Source: Candidatus Levyibacteriota bacterium (GTDB taxonomy: Bacteria > Patescibacteriota > Microgenomatia > Levybacterales > UBA12049). Taken from it: 64,000 nt of DNA. The stretch lies in contig CAVRKE010000001.1 in assembly GCA_963722305.1 (NCBI GenBank), positions 76,312 through 140,311 of the forward strand. Reading direction: 5' to 3'. Below, in pieces: positions 19,323-28,935 of this stretch; within the stretch, counting starts at the first letter, position 1, and the number at the start of each line of letters is the position of its first letter. The translations under genes were made by a program, and so were the position numbers. The notes under the pieces were generated by a model that was not told the DNA's origin, made no database searches, and worked only from the letters and a program-made list of their open reading frames with translations.

Positions 19323-20315
19323 ATGAAAAGAAAAACAAAAATTGTGGTGATCGGTGGGGGTACGGGAACATTCGTTGCCCTTTCCGGACTAAAGAAATAC
19401 GCGGTTGATTTGACGGCCATCATTACGATGATGGATAGCGGTGGTTCCAGCGGTAGGCTGCGTGATGAGTTGGGAGTTTTGCCTCCGGGCGATATTAGGC
19501 AATGCTTGGTGGCGTTGGCTAAATCGTCAAAACTGTTGCGGGATATGTTCAATTACAGATTCGAAAGAGGGGAACTAAAAGGACATACCTTCGGAAACAT
19601 TTTTTTATCTACTCTTTCCAAGACCACCGGCAGTATGAAAAAAGCGATTGAAGAAGTCGGAAAAATTTTACGGATTCAAGGAAGAGTGGTACCGGTCACG
19701 TATACCAAAAGCGATTTGTGCATTGAGCTTGAGAACGGAGTAATCATCGAAGGCGAAACACACATTGATGAAGTTGAAAACAGGGAGAAAAGGCCAAGAA
19801 TAAAAAGAGCCTTTTTAAAACCATCTGCCGCGGCTAATCCGGATGCCGAAAGCGCAATCGAAGAAGCAGATGCGATAATTATCGGGCCGGGGGATTTATA
19901 CACCAGTATCATCCCAAATTTATTAGTTGACGGAATAAGGCAGGCGATTGAAAGCGCGAAGGGTAAAAAGATTTACGTGTTAAACTTAATGACTAAATAC
20001 GGACAAACCACAGACTATACTGCCAAAGACCACGTTGAAGACCTTCAAAAATACATTGGCAAGAGCGTATTAGATGTAGTGTTGGTAAATAAAAGAACTC
20101 CCAAGAAAGAAACACTCGCCTGGTATTTGGATTTTGATGAACACCAGGTTATCGACGATTTAGCGGAAGCAGAGGATGACCTAAAGGTCATCAGAAAAAA
20201 TTTGATTAAAGACGTTGTCTTGAAAAAATATCCTTCGGATTCGTTAAGAAGAAGCATTATTAGACACGATTCACAAAAACTGGCAAAAGCAATAATGGAA
20301 ATCATGGAGAATTAA
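19323..20315 (+). CDS. yvcK: YvcK/CofD-family gluconeogenesis factor (UPF0052)
   Basis: 'IVVIGGGTGTFVALSGLK...ITMMDSGGSSGRLRDELGVLPPGDIRQCL' is the family signature. Confidence 0.8.
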   Translation: MKRKTKIVVIGGGTGTFVALSGLKKYAVDLTAIITMMDSGGSSGRLRDELGVLPPGDIRQCLVALAKSSKLLRDMFNYRFERGELKGHTFGNIFLSTLSKTTGSMKKAIEEVGKILRIQGRVVPVTYTKSDLCIELENGVIIEGETHIDEVENREKRPRIKRAFLKPSAAANPDAESAIEEADAIIIGPGDLYTSIIPNLLVDGIRQAIESAKGKKIYVLNLMTKYGQTTDYTAKDHVEDLQKYIGKSVLDVVLVNKRTPKKETLAWYLDFDEHQVIDDLAEAEDDLKVIRKNLIKDVVLKKYPSDSLRRSIIRHDSQKLAKAIMEIMEN

Positions 20316-20368
20316 AAATTTGCCTGATTTTTATTGAATGTACTCTGCCAAGGTAATATAATAATCAT

Positions 20369-21385
20369 ATGTCTCAATTACTAGGTTTAACCCTACTTTC
20401 TCTATTCGTAACTTTAATTTTAATCGTCCCATTTATAGACTTTCTTTATAAAATAAAACTGCGCCGGCAGGATCAGACGACGGTTGATCCGTTTAATAAA
20501 CCGACACCGCTTTTTGATAAATTCAACAAATGGAAAGTCGGTACTCCTTTTGGTGGAGGCCTCTTAATTATTTTTGTCACAACTATCCTATTTTTATGGT
20601 CGTTCGGAATGCTAAAAATAACCATTCATCCTTGGGAATTGTTTGTCATACTTTTTACCTTCGTTAGTTTTGGGCTTTTAGGCCTTTATGATGACGGTAA
20701 AAAGCTGATGAATGGAGATAAAAGACTCGCTTTTTTTGGTCTTCGGTTTAGGTATAAGCTTTTATTGCAGACAGTTTTGGCGCTTATTCCGGCCACTATT
20801 CTTTATACCCAATTGGGATACAGTTTTGTGTTTATCAGGGGGATTGGACTGACGGATATAGGACTTCTGTACATTCCATTTGCCGCTTTCACCATTGTTT
20901 CGTTTGCAAATGCTTTTAACATTGCGGACGGATTAGACGGGCTCGCTTCAGGGTTGTTGCTCATTTGTTTAGTCAGTTTTCTGGCGATTTCATACTCAAA
21001 TGTTGACCAGGGTTTGGGTGCTTTTGTGGCTATACTGATGGGTAGCGTTGCGGCATTTCTGTACTTTAATATTTACAAGGCCAGAATTTGGCTGGGAGAT
21101 GTCGGTTCAATGTCTTTAGGTGCATCTTTGGCAATCATCGGGCTTTTAACGGGGAAAATAGTGGCGGTGGTGATTATTGGCGGAGTGTTTATTTTAGAAG
21201 TCGGTTCATCTTTAATCCAATTGCTAAGTAAGAAATTTTTCAAAAGAAAAATTTTGCCTGTTTCGCCTCTACATTTGTATTTTTTGAAAAGAGGTTGGGA
21301 TGAGCCAAAAATTGTGATGAGAGCTTGGCTTTTGGGAGCATTTTTTGCCATTTTGGGGCTTTACCTCGCCTTCTTAAGTAAATGA
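20369..21385 (+). CDS. mraY: Phospho-N-acetylmuramoyl-pentapeptide transferase (MraY/WecA family GT4-polyprenyl phosphate transferase)
   Basis: 10 TM. 'NAFNIADGLDGLASG' and 'GDVGSMSLGA' motifs. The dcw context favours MraY over WecA. Confidence 0.7.
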   Translation: MSQLLGLTLLSLFVTLILIVPFIDFLYKIKLRRQDQTTVDPFNKPTPLFDKFNKWKVGTPFGGGLLIIFVTTILFLWSFGMLKITIHPWELFVILFTFVSFGLLGLYDDGKKLMNGDKRLAFFGLRFRYKLLLQTVLALIPATILYTQLGYSFVFIRGIGLTDIGLLYIPFAAFTIVSFANAFNIADGLDGLASGLLLICLVSFLAISYSNVDQGLGAFVAILMGSVAAFLYFNIYKARIWLGDVGSMSLGASLAIIGLLTGKIVAVVIIGGVFILEVGSSLIQLLSKKFFKRKILPVSPLHLYFLKRGWDEPKIVMRAWLLGAFFAILGLYLAFLSK

Positions 21386-22452
21386 AAAAGACAGATTTTT
21401 TCCTGCTCGCTTCGGTATTGTTTCTCACTTTTTTTGGACTGTTTATGATTTATGACGCTTCATCGTTTGTGGCGTTTCGGGATTTTGCCGATAAATATCA
21501 CTATGTCAAGGATCAAATTTTTTGGGTTGTTTTGGGTTTAGGCTCTTTAGCTTTATTCTCGCGCATTGACTATCATCGGTTTTATAATTTGGCAATTCCG
21601 ATACTCCTGGTTGCTCTTGGCCTTTTAATTTTGGTTTTTATTCCGGGTATTGGCGTAAAAGTGTTAGGGGCTAACCGCTGGATTAACCTAAGATTTACGA
21701 TTTTGCAGCCATCGGAATTTGTTAAACTGGCACTGGCTATTTATTTGGCCGCCTGGTTTTCGAATAAAGAAAAAGGGCGGATTTGGGCGTTTTTACTGTT
21801 ATTAATTTCGGTAATCGGTTTGGTAATGCTTGAACCGGATATGGGCACAGCCGTGATTATTCTGGCGGAAGGAATAGTGCTCTATTTTTTATCCGGGGCA
21901 AGCCTGATTTATTTTGCCGTACTTGCTCCAATTTTGGCAGTTTTGGGTTTTATTTTTGCCAAACTTGAACCGTATCGGGCTACAAGGCTGTCCACTTTTT
22001 TTAACGTTAATCAGAACATAAATTCAACTTCTTATCACGTTAAGCAAATTTTGATTGCCTTAGGTTCGGGAGGATTAACCGGGGTGGGTTTAGGAAATTC
22101 CATGCAAAAATATGCCTACCTGCCGGAAAACGCCACTGATTCAATTTTTGCCATCATTGCGGAGGAGTTGGGTTTTGTCGGCGCTTGTTTTATCATCCTT
22201 GTTTTTTTGGTTATTATTTGGCGGGGGTTTTATATTGCAATTAATGCCAGAGACGCATTTGGCAAGCTTTTGGCAGGAGGAATAATTACCTTTTTGGCTG
22301 CTCAGGTATTCATTAATTTGGCAGCGCAAACGGCACTGCTGCCTTTAACCGGCATTCCTTTGCCATTTATTTCCTATGGTGGCTCGGCTCTCATCATTGA
22401 CCTTAGCGCAATTGGTATACTAATAAATATCGGCAAACAAAGAAAAATATGA
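21382..22452 (+). CDS. ftsW: SEDS peptidoglycan glycosyltransferase FtsW
   Basis: FtsW/RodA family polytopic protein ('PSEFVKLALAIYLA', 'TDSIFAIIAEELGFVG'). Upstream of murG. Confidence 0.75.
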   Translation: MKKTDFFLLASVLFLTFFGLFMIYDASSFVAFRDFADKYHYVKDQIFWVVLGLGSLALFSRIDYHRFYNLAIPILLVALGLLILVFIPGIGVKVLGANRWINLRFTILQPSEFVKLALAIYLAAWFSNKEKGRIWAFLLLLISVIGLVMLEPDMGTAVIILAEGIVLYFLSGASLIYFAVLAPILAVLGFIFAKLEPYRATRLSTFFNVNQNINSTSYHVKQILIALGSGGLTGVGLGNSMQKYAYLPENATDSIFAIIAEELGFVGACFIILVFLVIIWRGFYIAINARDAFGKLLAGGIITFLAAQVFINLAAQTALLPLTGIPLPFISYGGSALIIDLSAIGILINIGKQRKI

Positions 22453-23522
22453 AAATAGTAGTTGTCGGTGGACATTTATCTCCGGCTTTGGCGGTAATCG
22501 AAAAACTGAAGAACAGTCAAGTGTTTTATATTGGCAGGAAGCACACTTTTGAGGGTGACAGTAGTTTGTCGTTTGAGTATCATGAGATGGAAAAGCTTAA
22601 AATTCCCTTTTTTAGCATCAGTGCGGCCAGACTGCAGAGGAAATTTACAAAACACACATTTCCATCCTTGGCTAAATTTCCACTGGGTTTTTTCCAATCA
22701 TTCAAAATTCTTCGGAAGCTCAAGCCCGATGTGGTGTTGGGTTTTGGCGGGTATCTTTTTTTGCCGGTGACAATGGCCGCGTACGCTTTAAGAATTCCGG
22801 TGGTGGTGCATGAGCAGACGTTAGAAGCGGGATTTACCAATAAACTGGTGGCAAAACTGGCAAAACGAATTTGTATAGCGTGGAAATCTTCCGAAAAATT
22901 TTTTCCGAAAAGCAAAACTGTTTTCACCGGCAACCCGCTTAGAGAAGAATTCATCAAGCTCAAAAAAGCCAAGCGGGAGGAAAACAAAATCCCATTAATT
23001 TATATTGTTGGTGGTAGCTCGGGTTCACACGCTATCAATGTTTTGGTAGAACAGACTCTCGATAAGCTTTTAAAGCAGTATAAAGTTATTCATCAAATTG
23101 GTGCCTCTGAAGTCTATAAAGATTTTGAAAGGTTGGAAAGTAAAAAAAGCGAAAGTTATGATTGCCGGAAGTTTTTACGGCCTCAGGAAGCGGCTCACGT
23201 AATGCAACAAGCGGACTTGGTAGTCTGCCGGGCGGGAATAAACACGGTTACGGAACTGATTTATCTAAATAAGCCTGCTTTTTTAATTCCGCTTTCTGCC
23301 GGGCAGAAAAACGAGCAGCTGAAAAATGCCATTTATTTTAAAAGCTTGGGATTAGGGGAATTTATTGAGCAAGATAAATTAACACCGGAGCTGTTTATTT
23401 CCACTATTTCTTCAATGCTTAAAAATAGCAAAAACTTTAAATTAAAAGAAGCGGTACTAAACAGCGACGCAGCAGACGAAATTGTGGCAGTGTTAGAAGA
23501 TGTGGCAAAAAAGAAGACTTAA
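22449..23522 (+). CDS. murG: Undecaprenyldiphospho-muramoylpentapeptide beta-N-acetylglucosaminyltransferase
   Basis: 'KIVVVGGHLSPALAV' N-terminal G-loop. GT28 C-terminal 'VCRAGINTVTEL'. Confidence 0.8.
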   Translation: MKIVVVGGHLSPALAVIEKLKNSQVFYIGRKHTFEGDSSLSFEYHEMEKLKIPFFSISAARLQRKFTKHTFPSLAKFPLGFFQSFKILRKLKPDVVLGFGGYLFLPVTMAAYALRIPVVVHEQTLEAGFTNKLVAKLAKRICIAWKSSEKFFPKSKTVFTGNPLREEFIKLKKAKREENKIPLIYIVGGSSGSHAINVLVEQTLDKLLKQYKVIHQIGASEVYKDFERLESKKSESYDCRKFLRPQEAAHVMQQADLVVCRAGINTVTELIYLNKPAFLIPLSAGQKNEQLKNAIYFKSLGLGEFIEQDKLTPELFISTISSMLKNSKNFKLKEAVLNSDAADEIVAVLEDVAKKKT

Positions 23523-23913
23523 AAAAGAAAGAGCCAGATATAGACTGAAGATATTTTTCGTTTCATTAGTGTTTTTATCGCTGTTGGTAGTCGGTACGGA
23601 ATATGTATATCTAAATTTTTCTCTTGGGAGAGCCTTTTTTATTAGCCCAATTGCTAAAGAAACCAGTTCAAAATTAGCCAGTCTTGAAGACGAGTTAAAT
23701 AAAAACAAGATTTCCTACTCGGCAGTGAATATTAGTTCCGACGGATCTTTTTTAGTAGAGCTTCAAGGCGGAGGAGAGGTAATTTTATCCTCAAAAAAGG
23801 ACGTTGAGAGCCAATTATCCTCTTTACAACTTATCCTTTCTAGGCTTACAATAGAAGGAAAGGCGCTAAAAAAATTAGATTTTAGGTTTTCTAATCCCGT
23901 TGTTTCGTTTTAA
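23500..23913 (+). CDS. ftsQ: Cell division protein FtsQ/DivIB-like (short)
   Basis: N-terminal TM. C-terminal '...KLDFRFSNPVVSF' resembles the FtsQ beta domain. Sits between murG and ftsA. Confidence 0.55.
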   Translation: MWQKRRLKKERARYRLKIFFVSLVFLSLLVVGTEYVYLNFSLGRAFFISPIAKETSSKLASLEDELNKNKISYSAVNISSDGSFLVELQGGGEVILSSKKDVESQLSSLQLILSRLTIEGKALKKLDFRFSNPVVSF

Positions 23914-25213
23914 GCATATGAGCGAAGGTAAAATAGTAGTAGGAATTGATATCGGTACCTCAAAAATTGTGACTCTGATTGCCAAGGTTAATGAAGAAAT
24001 TAATGTTTTGGGAGTTTCCGAAACTCCGGCTGCCGGAGTTAAAAAAGGGCAAATTGTTGATATTGACGAGGCGGTAATTTCAATTAATAACTCCTTGGAG
24101 GCGGCCGAAAGAATGGCCGGTTATTCGGCTTCGCATATTATCGCCTCAATCGGAGGAAGCCATATCGAATCGCAAAATTCACGCGGAGTGGTGGCAGTGG
24201 CCCATCCGGAAGGAGAAATTACCGAAAATGATTTAGCCAGGGTGATTGACGCCGCTCGGGCGGTTTCACTGCCGTCAAGCCGCGAAATCATCCATGTTTT
24301 ACCCAGAAGTTACATTGTTGATGGTCAGGAAGGCATAAAAGATCCAATCGGGATGACCGGTATCAGGTTAGAAGTTGATACCCATATTATTTCTGCCAAT
24401 AGTACTTCAATTAGGAATATGGAAAAAGCCTTTTCCGAAGTCGGAGTTGACTTGGACGCAGTGGTTTTTTCCGGCTATGCCAGCTCCTTGGCGGTTTTGT
24501 CGGACACGGAAAAAGAATTGGGAGTAGTACTGGTTGATATTGGTGCGGGGACAACCGACATCTCCGTCTACGTTGACGGTTCGGTGGCATATTCATCGGT
24601 TTTGCCAATCGGTGCACGGCATATTACCAATGATTTGGCAATCGGACTGCGGATTTCTTTGGAATCGGCCGAAAAAATAAAACTGTTCCTTTCCAGCTCG
24701 ACTAAAAAGCCAGTGCGGATTTCCGAGGAAATGGAGGAAGAAGAAAAACGGGAAAAGCTAACGGATGAAGTCGATCTTTCATCGCTTGGTCTGGCAGAGG
24801 AGCTTAAAAAAGTTTCCAAAAAAACTTTAATTGACGGCATTATTAGGCCAAGATTGAATGAATTGTTTACCATGATTGGTATCGAAATTAAGAAAAGCGG
24901 TTTTGCCGGACAAACCCCATCCGGTTTAGTAATAACCGGTGGAGGAGCAAGAACAATTGGGGTAACCGATGCTGCCAAAAGAATGTTGGCGATGCCTGTT
25001 AGGGTGGCGATTGCCACAAACATTAAGGGCATAATTGACGAAATACAGGAACCGTCTTTTTCAACTGTGGTTGGCCTTTTAAACTATGGCGGGACTATCG
25101 AAACAAAATCATCTCTGCCATTTGGATTTGCTCTGCCAAACATTGGCAGTTTTAAATTCAGCGGTAAAGTATTGGCAAAAGCAATTTCATTTTTCAAATC
25201 GTTTTTACCTTAA
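23900..25213 (+). CDS. ftsA: Cell division protein FtsA
   Basis: Actin-fold 'IVVGIDIGTSKIVTLIA' and 'VLVDIGAGTTDISV'. The start is probably ATG 23918 (MSEGKIVV). Confidence 0.9.
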   Translation: MFRFKHMSEGKIVVGIDIGTSKIVTLIAKVNEEINVLGVSETPAAGVKKGQIVDIDEAVISINNSLEAAERMAGYSASHIIASIGGSHIESQNSRGVVAVAHPEGEITENDLARVIDAARAVSLPSSREIIHVLPRSYIVDGQEGIKDPIGMTGIRLEVDTHIISANSTSIRNMEKAFSEVGVDLDAVVFSGYASSLAVLSDTEKELGVVLVDIGAGTTDISVYVDGSVAYSSVLPIGARHITNDLAIGLRISLESAEKIKLFLSSSTKKPVRISEEMEEEEKREKLTDEVDLSSLGLAEELKKVSKKTLIDGIIRPRLNELFTMIGIEIKKSGFAGQTPSGLVITGGGARTIGVTDAAKRMLAMPVRVAIATNIKGIIDEIQEPSFSTVVGLLNYGGTIETKSSLPFGFALPNIGSFKFSGKVLAKAISFFKSFLP

Positions 25214-25249
25214 GTGTAATCGAAAGGTCTGTCCTAAGACTTATAGACT

Positions 25250-25278
25250 TGCAAAATCAATCTGTATTTGCTAGTATG
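25250..25278 (+). promoter_or_regulatory. Sigma70-like promoter upstream of ftsZ (TTGCAA-17-TAGTAT)
   Basis: -35 at 25250-25255, 17-nt spacer, -10 at 25273-25278, 17 nt before the ftsZ ATG. Confidence 0.5.
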
Positions 25279-25295
25279 CCCCTATAAATTAAACT

Positions 25296-26432
25296 ATGTT
25301 AATAAAACCGCAAACAGCTAATTTCGCCAAGATAAGAGTAATGGGAATTGGCGGAGGCGGAACAAACGCCCTCAACTCGATGATTACCCAAAGCAGTATT
25401 GTCGGGGTTGATTTTATTGCCGTTAACACCGATGCGCAAAGTCTGCTTTTAAATCAAGCGGCCACCAAGCTACAGATTGGTGAGGACCTAACCAAGGGCT
25501 TAGGTTCCGGTGGTAACGCCGAAATCGGCAAACAGGCGGCAGAAGAATCTTACGAGAAAATCAGAGAAATGTTGGACGGGACGGACATGCTTTTTTTGAC
25601 CGCCGGAATGGGTGGCGGAACAGGGACGGGGGCCACTCCGATTATTGCCAAAGCCGCTAAAGAAGTTGGTGCATTAACCGTAGCAGTGGTTACCAAGCCG
25701 TTTGCTTTTGAGGGCACAAGAAGAATGGTTACCGCCGAAGACGGAATAGAAGAACTGAAAGATAAAGTTGATACCCTAATTGTCATTCCTAACCAAAGAA
25801 TTTTGGATGTCGTTGATAAAAAACTTTCACTGTTGGAAGCTTTTAAAGTGGCGGATTCGGTTTTGACTCAGGGAGTGCAGGGTATTTCCGATTTAATTAC
25901 CCTACCCGGCCTTATTAACGTTGATTTTGCCGATGTCAAAACGATTATGCAAAATGCCGGTTCGGCTTTAATGGGTATTGGTACGGGCGTTGGGGAAAAT
26001 AGGGCGCAGACTGCCGCCAGAGTAGCGGTTTCGTCTCCTCTTTTGGAAATTTCGATGACCGGAGCAAGAGGGGTACTGTTTAATATTATCGGCGGCCCGG
26101 ATTTAACCATGAGTGAAGTTGACGAAGCGGCCAAGATTATTGCTGCCGAAGCCGACCCGGATGCCAATATTATTTTTGGTGCCACCATTGACGACACCAT
26201 GCATGACCAAATGAAAATTACGGTGATTGCCACCGGTTTTGATTCAACCAGGCAAACCCTTAAGGAATTTATGACTCCAACCATCAATCGCGTCATGGAA
26301 CAAAGCCAGCAGCCGAGTCAATCCGGCCAGCCAAAAATAAATGAGCCGGAGCCGCCAATACCAACCGAAGCGCCGGTTGAAGAAGAAGACGACACGTGGG
26401 ATATCCCCGCATTCCTCAGAAACAGGAACTAG
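25296..26432 (+). CDS. ftsZ: Cell division GTPase FtsZ
   Basis: Tubulin signature '[35 protein letters not shown]'. Conserved C-terminal peptide '[10 protein letters not shown]'. Confidence 0.95.
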   Translation: MLIKPQTANFAKIRVMGIGGGGTNALNSMITQSSIVGVDFIAVNTDAQSLLLNQAATKLQIGEDLTKGLGSGGNAEIGKQAAEESYEKIREMLDGTDMLFLTAGMGGGTGTGATPIIAKAAKEVGALTVAVVTKPFAFEGTRRMVTAEDGIEELKDKVDTLIVIPNQRILDVVDKKLSLLEAFKVADSVLTQGVQGISDLITLPGLINVDFADVKTIMQNAGSALMGIGTGVGENRAQTAARVAVSSPLLEISMTGARGVLFNIIGGPDLTMSEVDEAAKIIAAEADPDANIIFGATIDDTMHDQMKITVIATGFDSTRQTLKEFMTPTINRVMEQSQQPSQSGQPKINEPEPPIPTEAPVEEEDDTWDIPAFLRNRN

Positions 26433-26457
26433 GGATTTTAGCTTCAGATTTTTATTA

Positions 26458-26482
26458 TAGCACCTAACAGGGTGCTTTTTTA
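26458..26482 (+). terminator. Rho-independent terminator after ftsZ
   Basis: GCACC-taaca-GGTGC followed by T6. Confidence 0.6.
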
Positions 26483-26484
26483 AT

Positions 26485-26498
26485 GGATGTGAGAAGTC
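26485..26498 (+). repeat. 14-bp direct repeat GGATGTGAGAAGTC (copy 1 of 2). Copy 2 at 27596-27609.
   Basis: Exact 14-mer present twice, flanking the integrase gene. Copy 2 lies inside the 5' end of the int ORF. Confidence 0.5.
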
Positions 26499-26544
26499 AA
26501 TTAGGGGAGTAGCTTGTGGTTTGAAAGTGAGGGTTTAGAAAAAT

Positions 26545-27630
26545 CTAAGCCCTTACGAATGAAATCGCAATCTTTAATCCTGTATCGTCTTCTGAAACTG
26601 AGTATTTAAATCTACTGTCAGTTTCTAAATGTAAGTTTTCAAAGTTTTCCTTAACTGATTTGATAATTTCTTTTGTGTCAACATTTTTTCTAATCAATGG
26701 ATTTCGCATAGCTGCCCTTTGTAGGGTTTTGTCTGCAAGATGCATGTAATTATCGTAGGTTGTTTGTATGTCCTTATGCCCTAAGAGAACAGCGACCTCT
26801 GTAATTGGAACCCCTACTTCAAGTAAGTGAGTTGCAAAGCTATGTCTGAAATTGTGAGGGAAAACTCTTTTAGTAACCCCTGCTGTTTTAGCCCTTCTTT
26901 TCAAATCTGAGGAAAAGTCTTGTGCGTTAACTTGATGATTTTTAGCATTTAGAAAAATTAAATCGTCTTCGTTCTTATTCTTGCAAAGCTCTTTTAACCT
27001 ACTAGCTAATGGTTCTGTAAAATATACTGTTCTATTCTCGTTTGTTTTAGTTTCTGTAATTCTAGCTTTGCCATCCCAATCAATGTTTTTAACCTTTAAA
27101 TTAGTTGCTTCAGAGAATCTACAACCGGTATATGCGAGAAACATCGTAAGCGATCCATATCTAAAGTCTAAAAATGAACAATCTATTCCCTCCAATTTGC
27201 CATGAGTTAGAGGGGTGCTTAAGATTGTTTCTATTTCCTCGTTTGTAAAGATTATAATTTCAGCTTTCGTTTTTTTAAATGATTTAAACCCATCAAGGAA
27301 ATCAAAGGGTAGTCCTCGGTCTTTGTAACAATCAACAAGTTGTCTAAATACAAAATAATAAGTGTTAAGAGAATTATTGCCAAGTCCCCTCTGTTTTAAC
27401 TCCATAAAATACCGTTCTACGTTTTCCTTTGTTAGACCTTTATCTCTAAACGAGTGATTTATTCTTCTGAAACGGATTCTACAGTGACGTACGCTTTGAT
27501 CGGCTAAGTTCTTTTTAATTGTGATAAAAGAAATAAAATCTTCTTCAGCTATTTGCATACTCTCTTTTGGAGAGTAGCCTGTGGAAGGAAATTGAGGATG
27601 TGAGAAGTCTGTATTTATATTAGTCTGCAT
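26545..27630 (-). CDS. int: Tyrosine-type site-specific recombinase/integrase
   Basis: C-terminal catalytic motif '...HNFRHSFATHLLEVGVPITEVAVLLGHKDIQTTYDNYMHLA' (R...HxxR...Y). N-terminal SAM-like core-binding domain. Confidence 0.9.
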   Translation of the reverse strand: MQTNINTDFSHPQFPSTGYSPKESMQIAEEDFISFITIKKNLADQSVRHCRIRFRRINHSFRDKGLTKENVERYFMELKQRGLGNNSLNTYYFVFRQLVDCYKDRGLPFDFLDGFKSFKKTKAEIIIFTNEEIETILSTPLTHGKLEGIDCSFLDFRYGSLTMFLAYTGCRFSEATNLKVKNIDWDGKARITETKTNENRTVYFTEPLASRLKELCKNKNEDDLIFLNAKNHQVNAQDFSSDLKRRAKTAGVTKRVFPHNFRHSFATHLLEVGVPITEVAVLLGHKDIQTTYDNYMHLADKTLQRAAMRNPLIRKNVDTKEIIKSVKENFENLHLETDSRFKYSVSEDDTGLKIAISFVRA

Positions 27631-27825
27631 AATTCAAAAAATCAAGAACCATATATCCTACCCATAGGCTTTGGATAGTTATATCTACCACTAGCTTCGT
27701 TAAATGGCATAATAACGTCAAATTTGCCTATCATAAAAACTTGTCTGGGTTTCGCCCCTTACTCTTTATAGACACCCTTTTTATATTGTACAAAATCTCA
27801 ACTGTAAAAAATGTGTTAGGAAATT

Positions 27826-28006
27826 TTAAAATGCCTTTTTATAAAAACTTTGTATTTTTATTTGTTTTCTTTGCCAATTGGTATAGGGTTTTAATAAACA
27901 AATTTTTTCATCGGGAAACCATGTTATTTTCTTTCTCCAATCTTTATCGTCGTATCCTTTTGTATCAGAGCAGATTGGTGCTTCGCATTTTAAGAAATGT
28001 TTCATT
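27826..28006 (-). CDS. Small hypothetical protein (59 aa, CxxxC-containing). Not in the ORF track because it is under 60 aa.
   Basis: Own six-frame reading: MKHFLKCEAPICSDTKGYDDKDWRKKITWFPDEKICLLKPYTNWQRKQIKIQSFYKKAF*. The overlapping + ORF 27741-28118 is AT-rich and low-complexity, so likely spurious. Confidence 0.25.
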
Positions 28007-28254
28007 TAATAATTCACCTCCTTGCGAGCTTTGTAATAGTATCCATTTAACGTTGTATGGTTATAATGTCTTTTCTTATATTCTTAGAGGCGTTCTTGTT
28101 GTGCTGTTTTATACTTAATTATTACAGTAAAGTAGGCAGCTTTTGTTTTAGTGATAATTCCTTTTTCAAAAGCTTCTATGGTTATTTTCAGACAATTTCT
28201 AAGGAGATCCGCTCTACGTTCTCGAGCAATCTTGCTATACCATGCAAGATTTAC

Positions 28255-28449
28255 TTAGTCATCAAGAGCGATTGCTAAGTGGTAAGGAATGTCATCTTTA
28301 TTTTGGGGAAAGTCATCGATTCCAAATTTGTAGTTATCTAAACATACTACCTTTCCTTTAACATAAGAACCTTCCGTTTCAGCTAAAGATTCAGCTATTT
28401 CCCTTTTTTCAAATTCTGTAAGGCTGCTTTGTTTACTTGCTTCGTCCAT
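28255..28449 (-). CDS. Small acidic hypothetical protein of the element
   Basis: ORF overlapping the zinc-ribbon ORF by 17 nt (operon-like). The reading frame appears to continue past its TAA stop into 28120-28254 ('VNLAWYSKIARERRADLLRNCLKITIEAFEKG...'). Confidence 0.3.
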   Translation of the reverse strand: MDEASKQSSLTEFEKREIAESLAETEGSYVKGKVVCLDNYKFGIDDFPQNKDDIPYHLAIALDD

Positions 28450-28642
28450 ATCCTTTCTCTCTTTCTTTCTCAGTGGGAATTAAAATAAATCCTTTTCCAT
28501 CGCAAGCATGACAAGTAACATGTTGGTATGAAACTGTTCCCCAGCCATTACAAACGGGACATTTCTGAGCGAGATATTCTGGTTTTAATTCTGTTTGTAT
28601 TATTTCTGTCATTTTATCTTCAAAAAAAAGATACAACCACAA
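28433..28642 (-). CDS. Small zinc-ribbon protein
   Basis: CPVC...(16)...CHAC spacing. Probable start at the internal MTEIIQTEL. Confidence 0.4.
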   Translation of the reverse strand: MWLYLFFEDKMTEIIQTELKPEYLAQKCPVCNGWGTVSYQHVTCHACDGKGFILIPTEKEREKGYGRSK

Positions 28643-28775
28643 CGGAGGCTGTATCTCTGTTATATGATTCTAAATATTATTCTAGTAGATAAAAGCTAAT
28701 AGTCAACCGCCTATAGTATAAATTGCATTTACATCAAAAATATAGTTTTGTCTATCGTGGTTAAATATTATTTCT

Positions 28776-28935
28776 TCTCGTGTCGGAAAACTAGTTTTTT
28801 TATTAGTGTCCAATAATTATTTTTATAGTAGTCGGAAAACTACCACTTAATAGTGTGTAAAAACTAGTGTCTAAAGTGTCAAAAAACTAGTTATTTTATC
28901 GTTCTGGAAAACTAGTTTTTTTATTGCGTCGAAAA
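28776..28935. repeat. Iteron-like array: at least 5 direct copies of a GGAAAACTAG(T)TTTTTTAT-type motif
   Basis: gtcGGAAAACTAGTTTTTTTATtagtgtc (28783), gtcGGAAAACTAccactt (28831), AAAACTAGTgtc (28860), gtcAAAAAACTAGTTATTTTATcgt (28878), ctGGAAAACTAGTTTTTTTATtgcgtc (28905), in an AT-rich intergenic region. Confidence 0.5.

Noticed and set aside
27741-28278. Plus-strand ORFs 27741-28118 and 28057-28278 in the element
   Set aside because: They are AT-rich and low-complexity (F/L/Y/N runs), and overlap more plausible minus-strand small genes. They are likely spurious.
28776-28935. Possible CRISPR array suggested by clustered direct repeats
   Set aside because: Repeat units are only about 12-20 nt, A/T-rich, and irregularly spaced with very short 'spacers'. 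There are no cas genes. They fit iterons or operators better.
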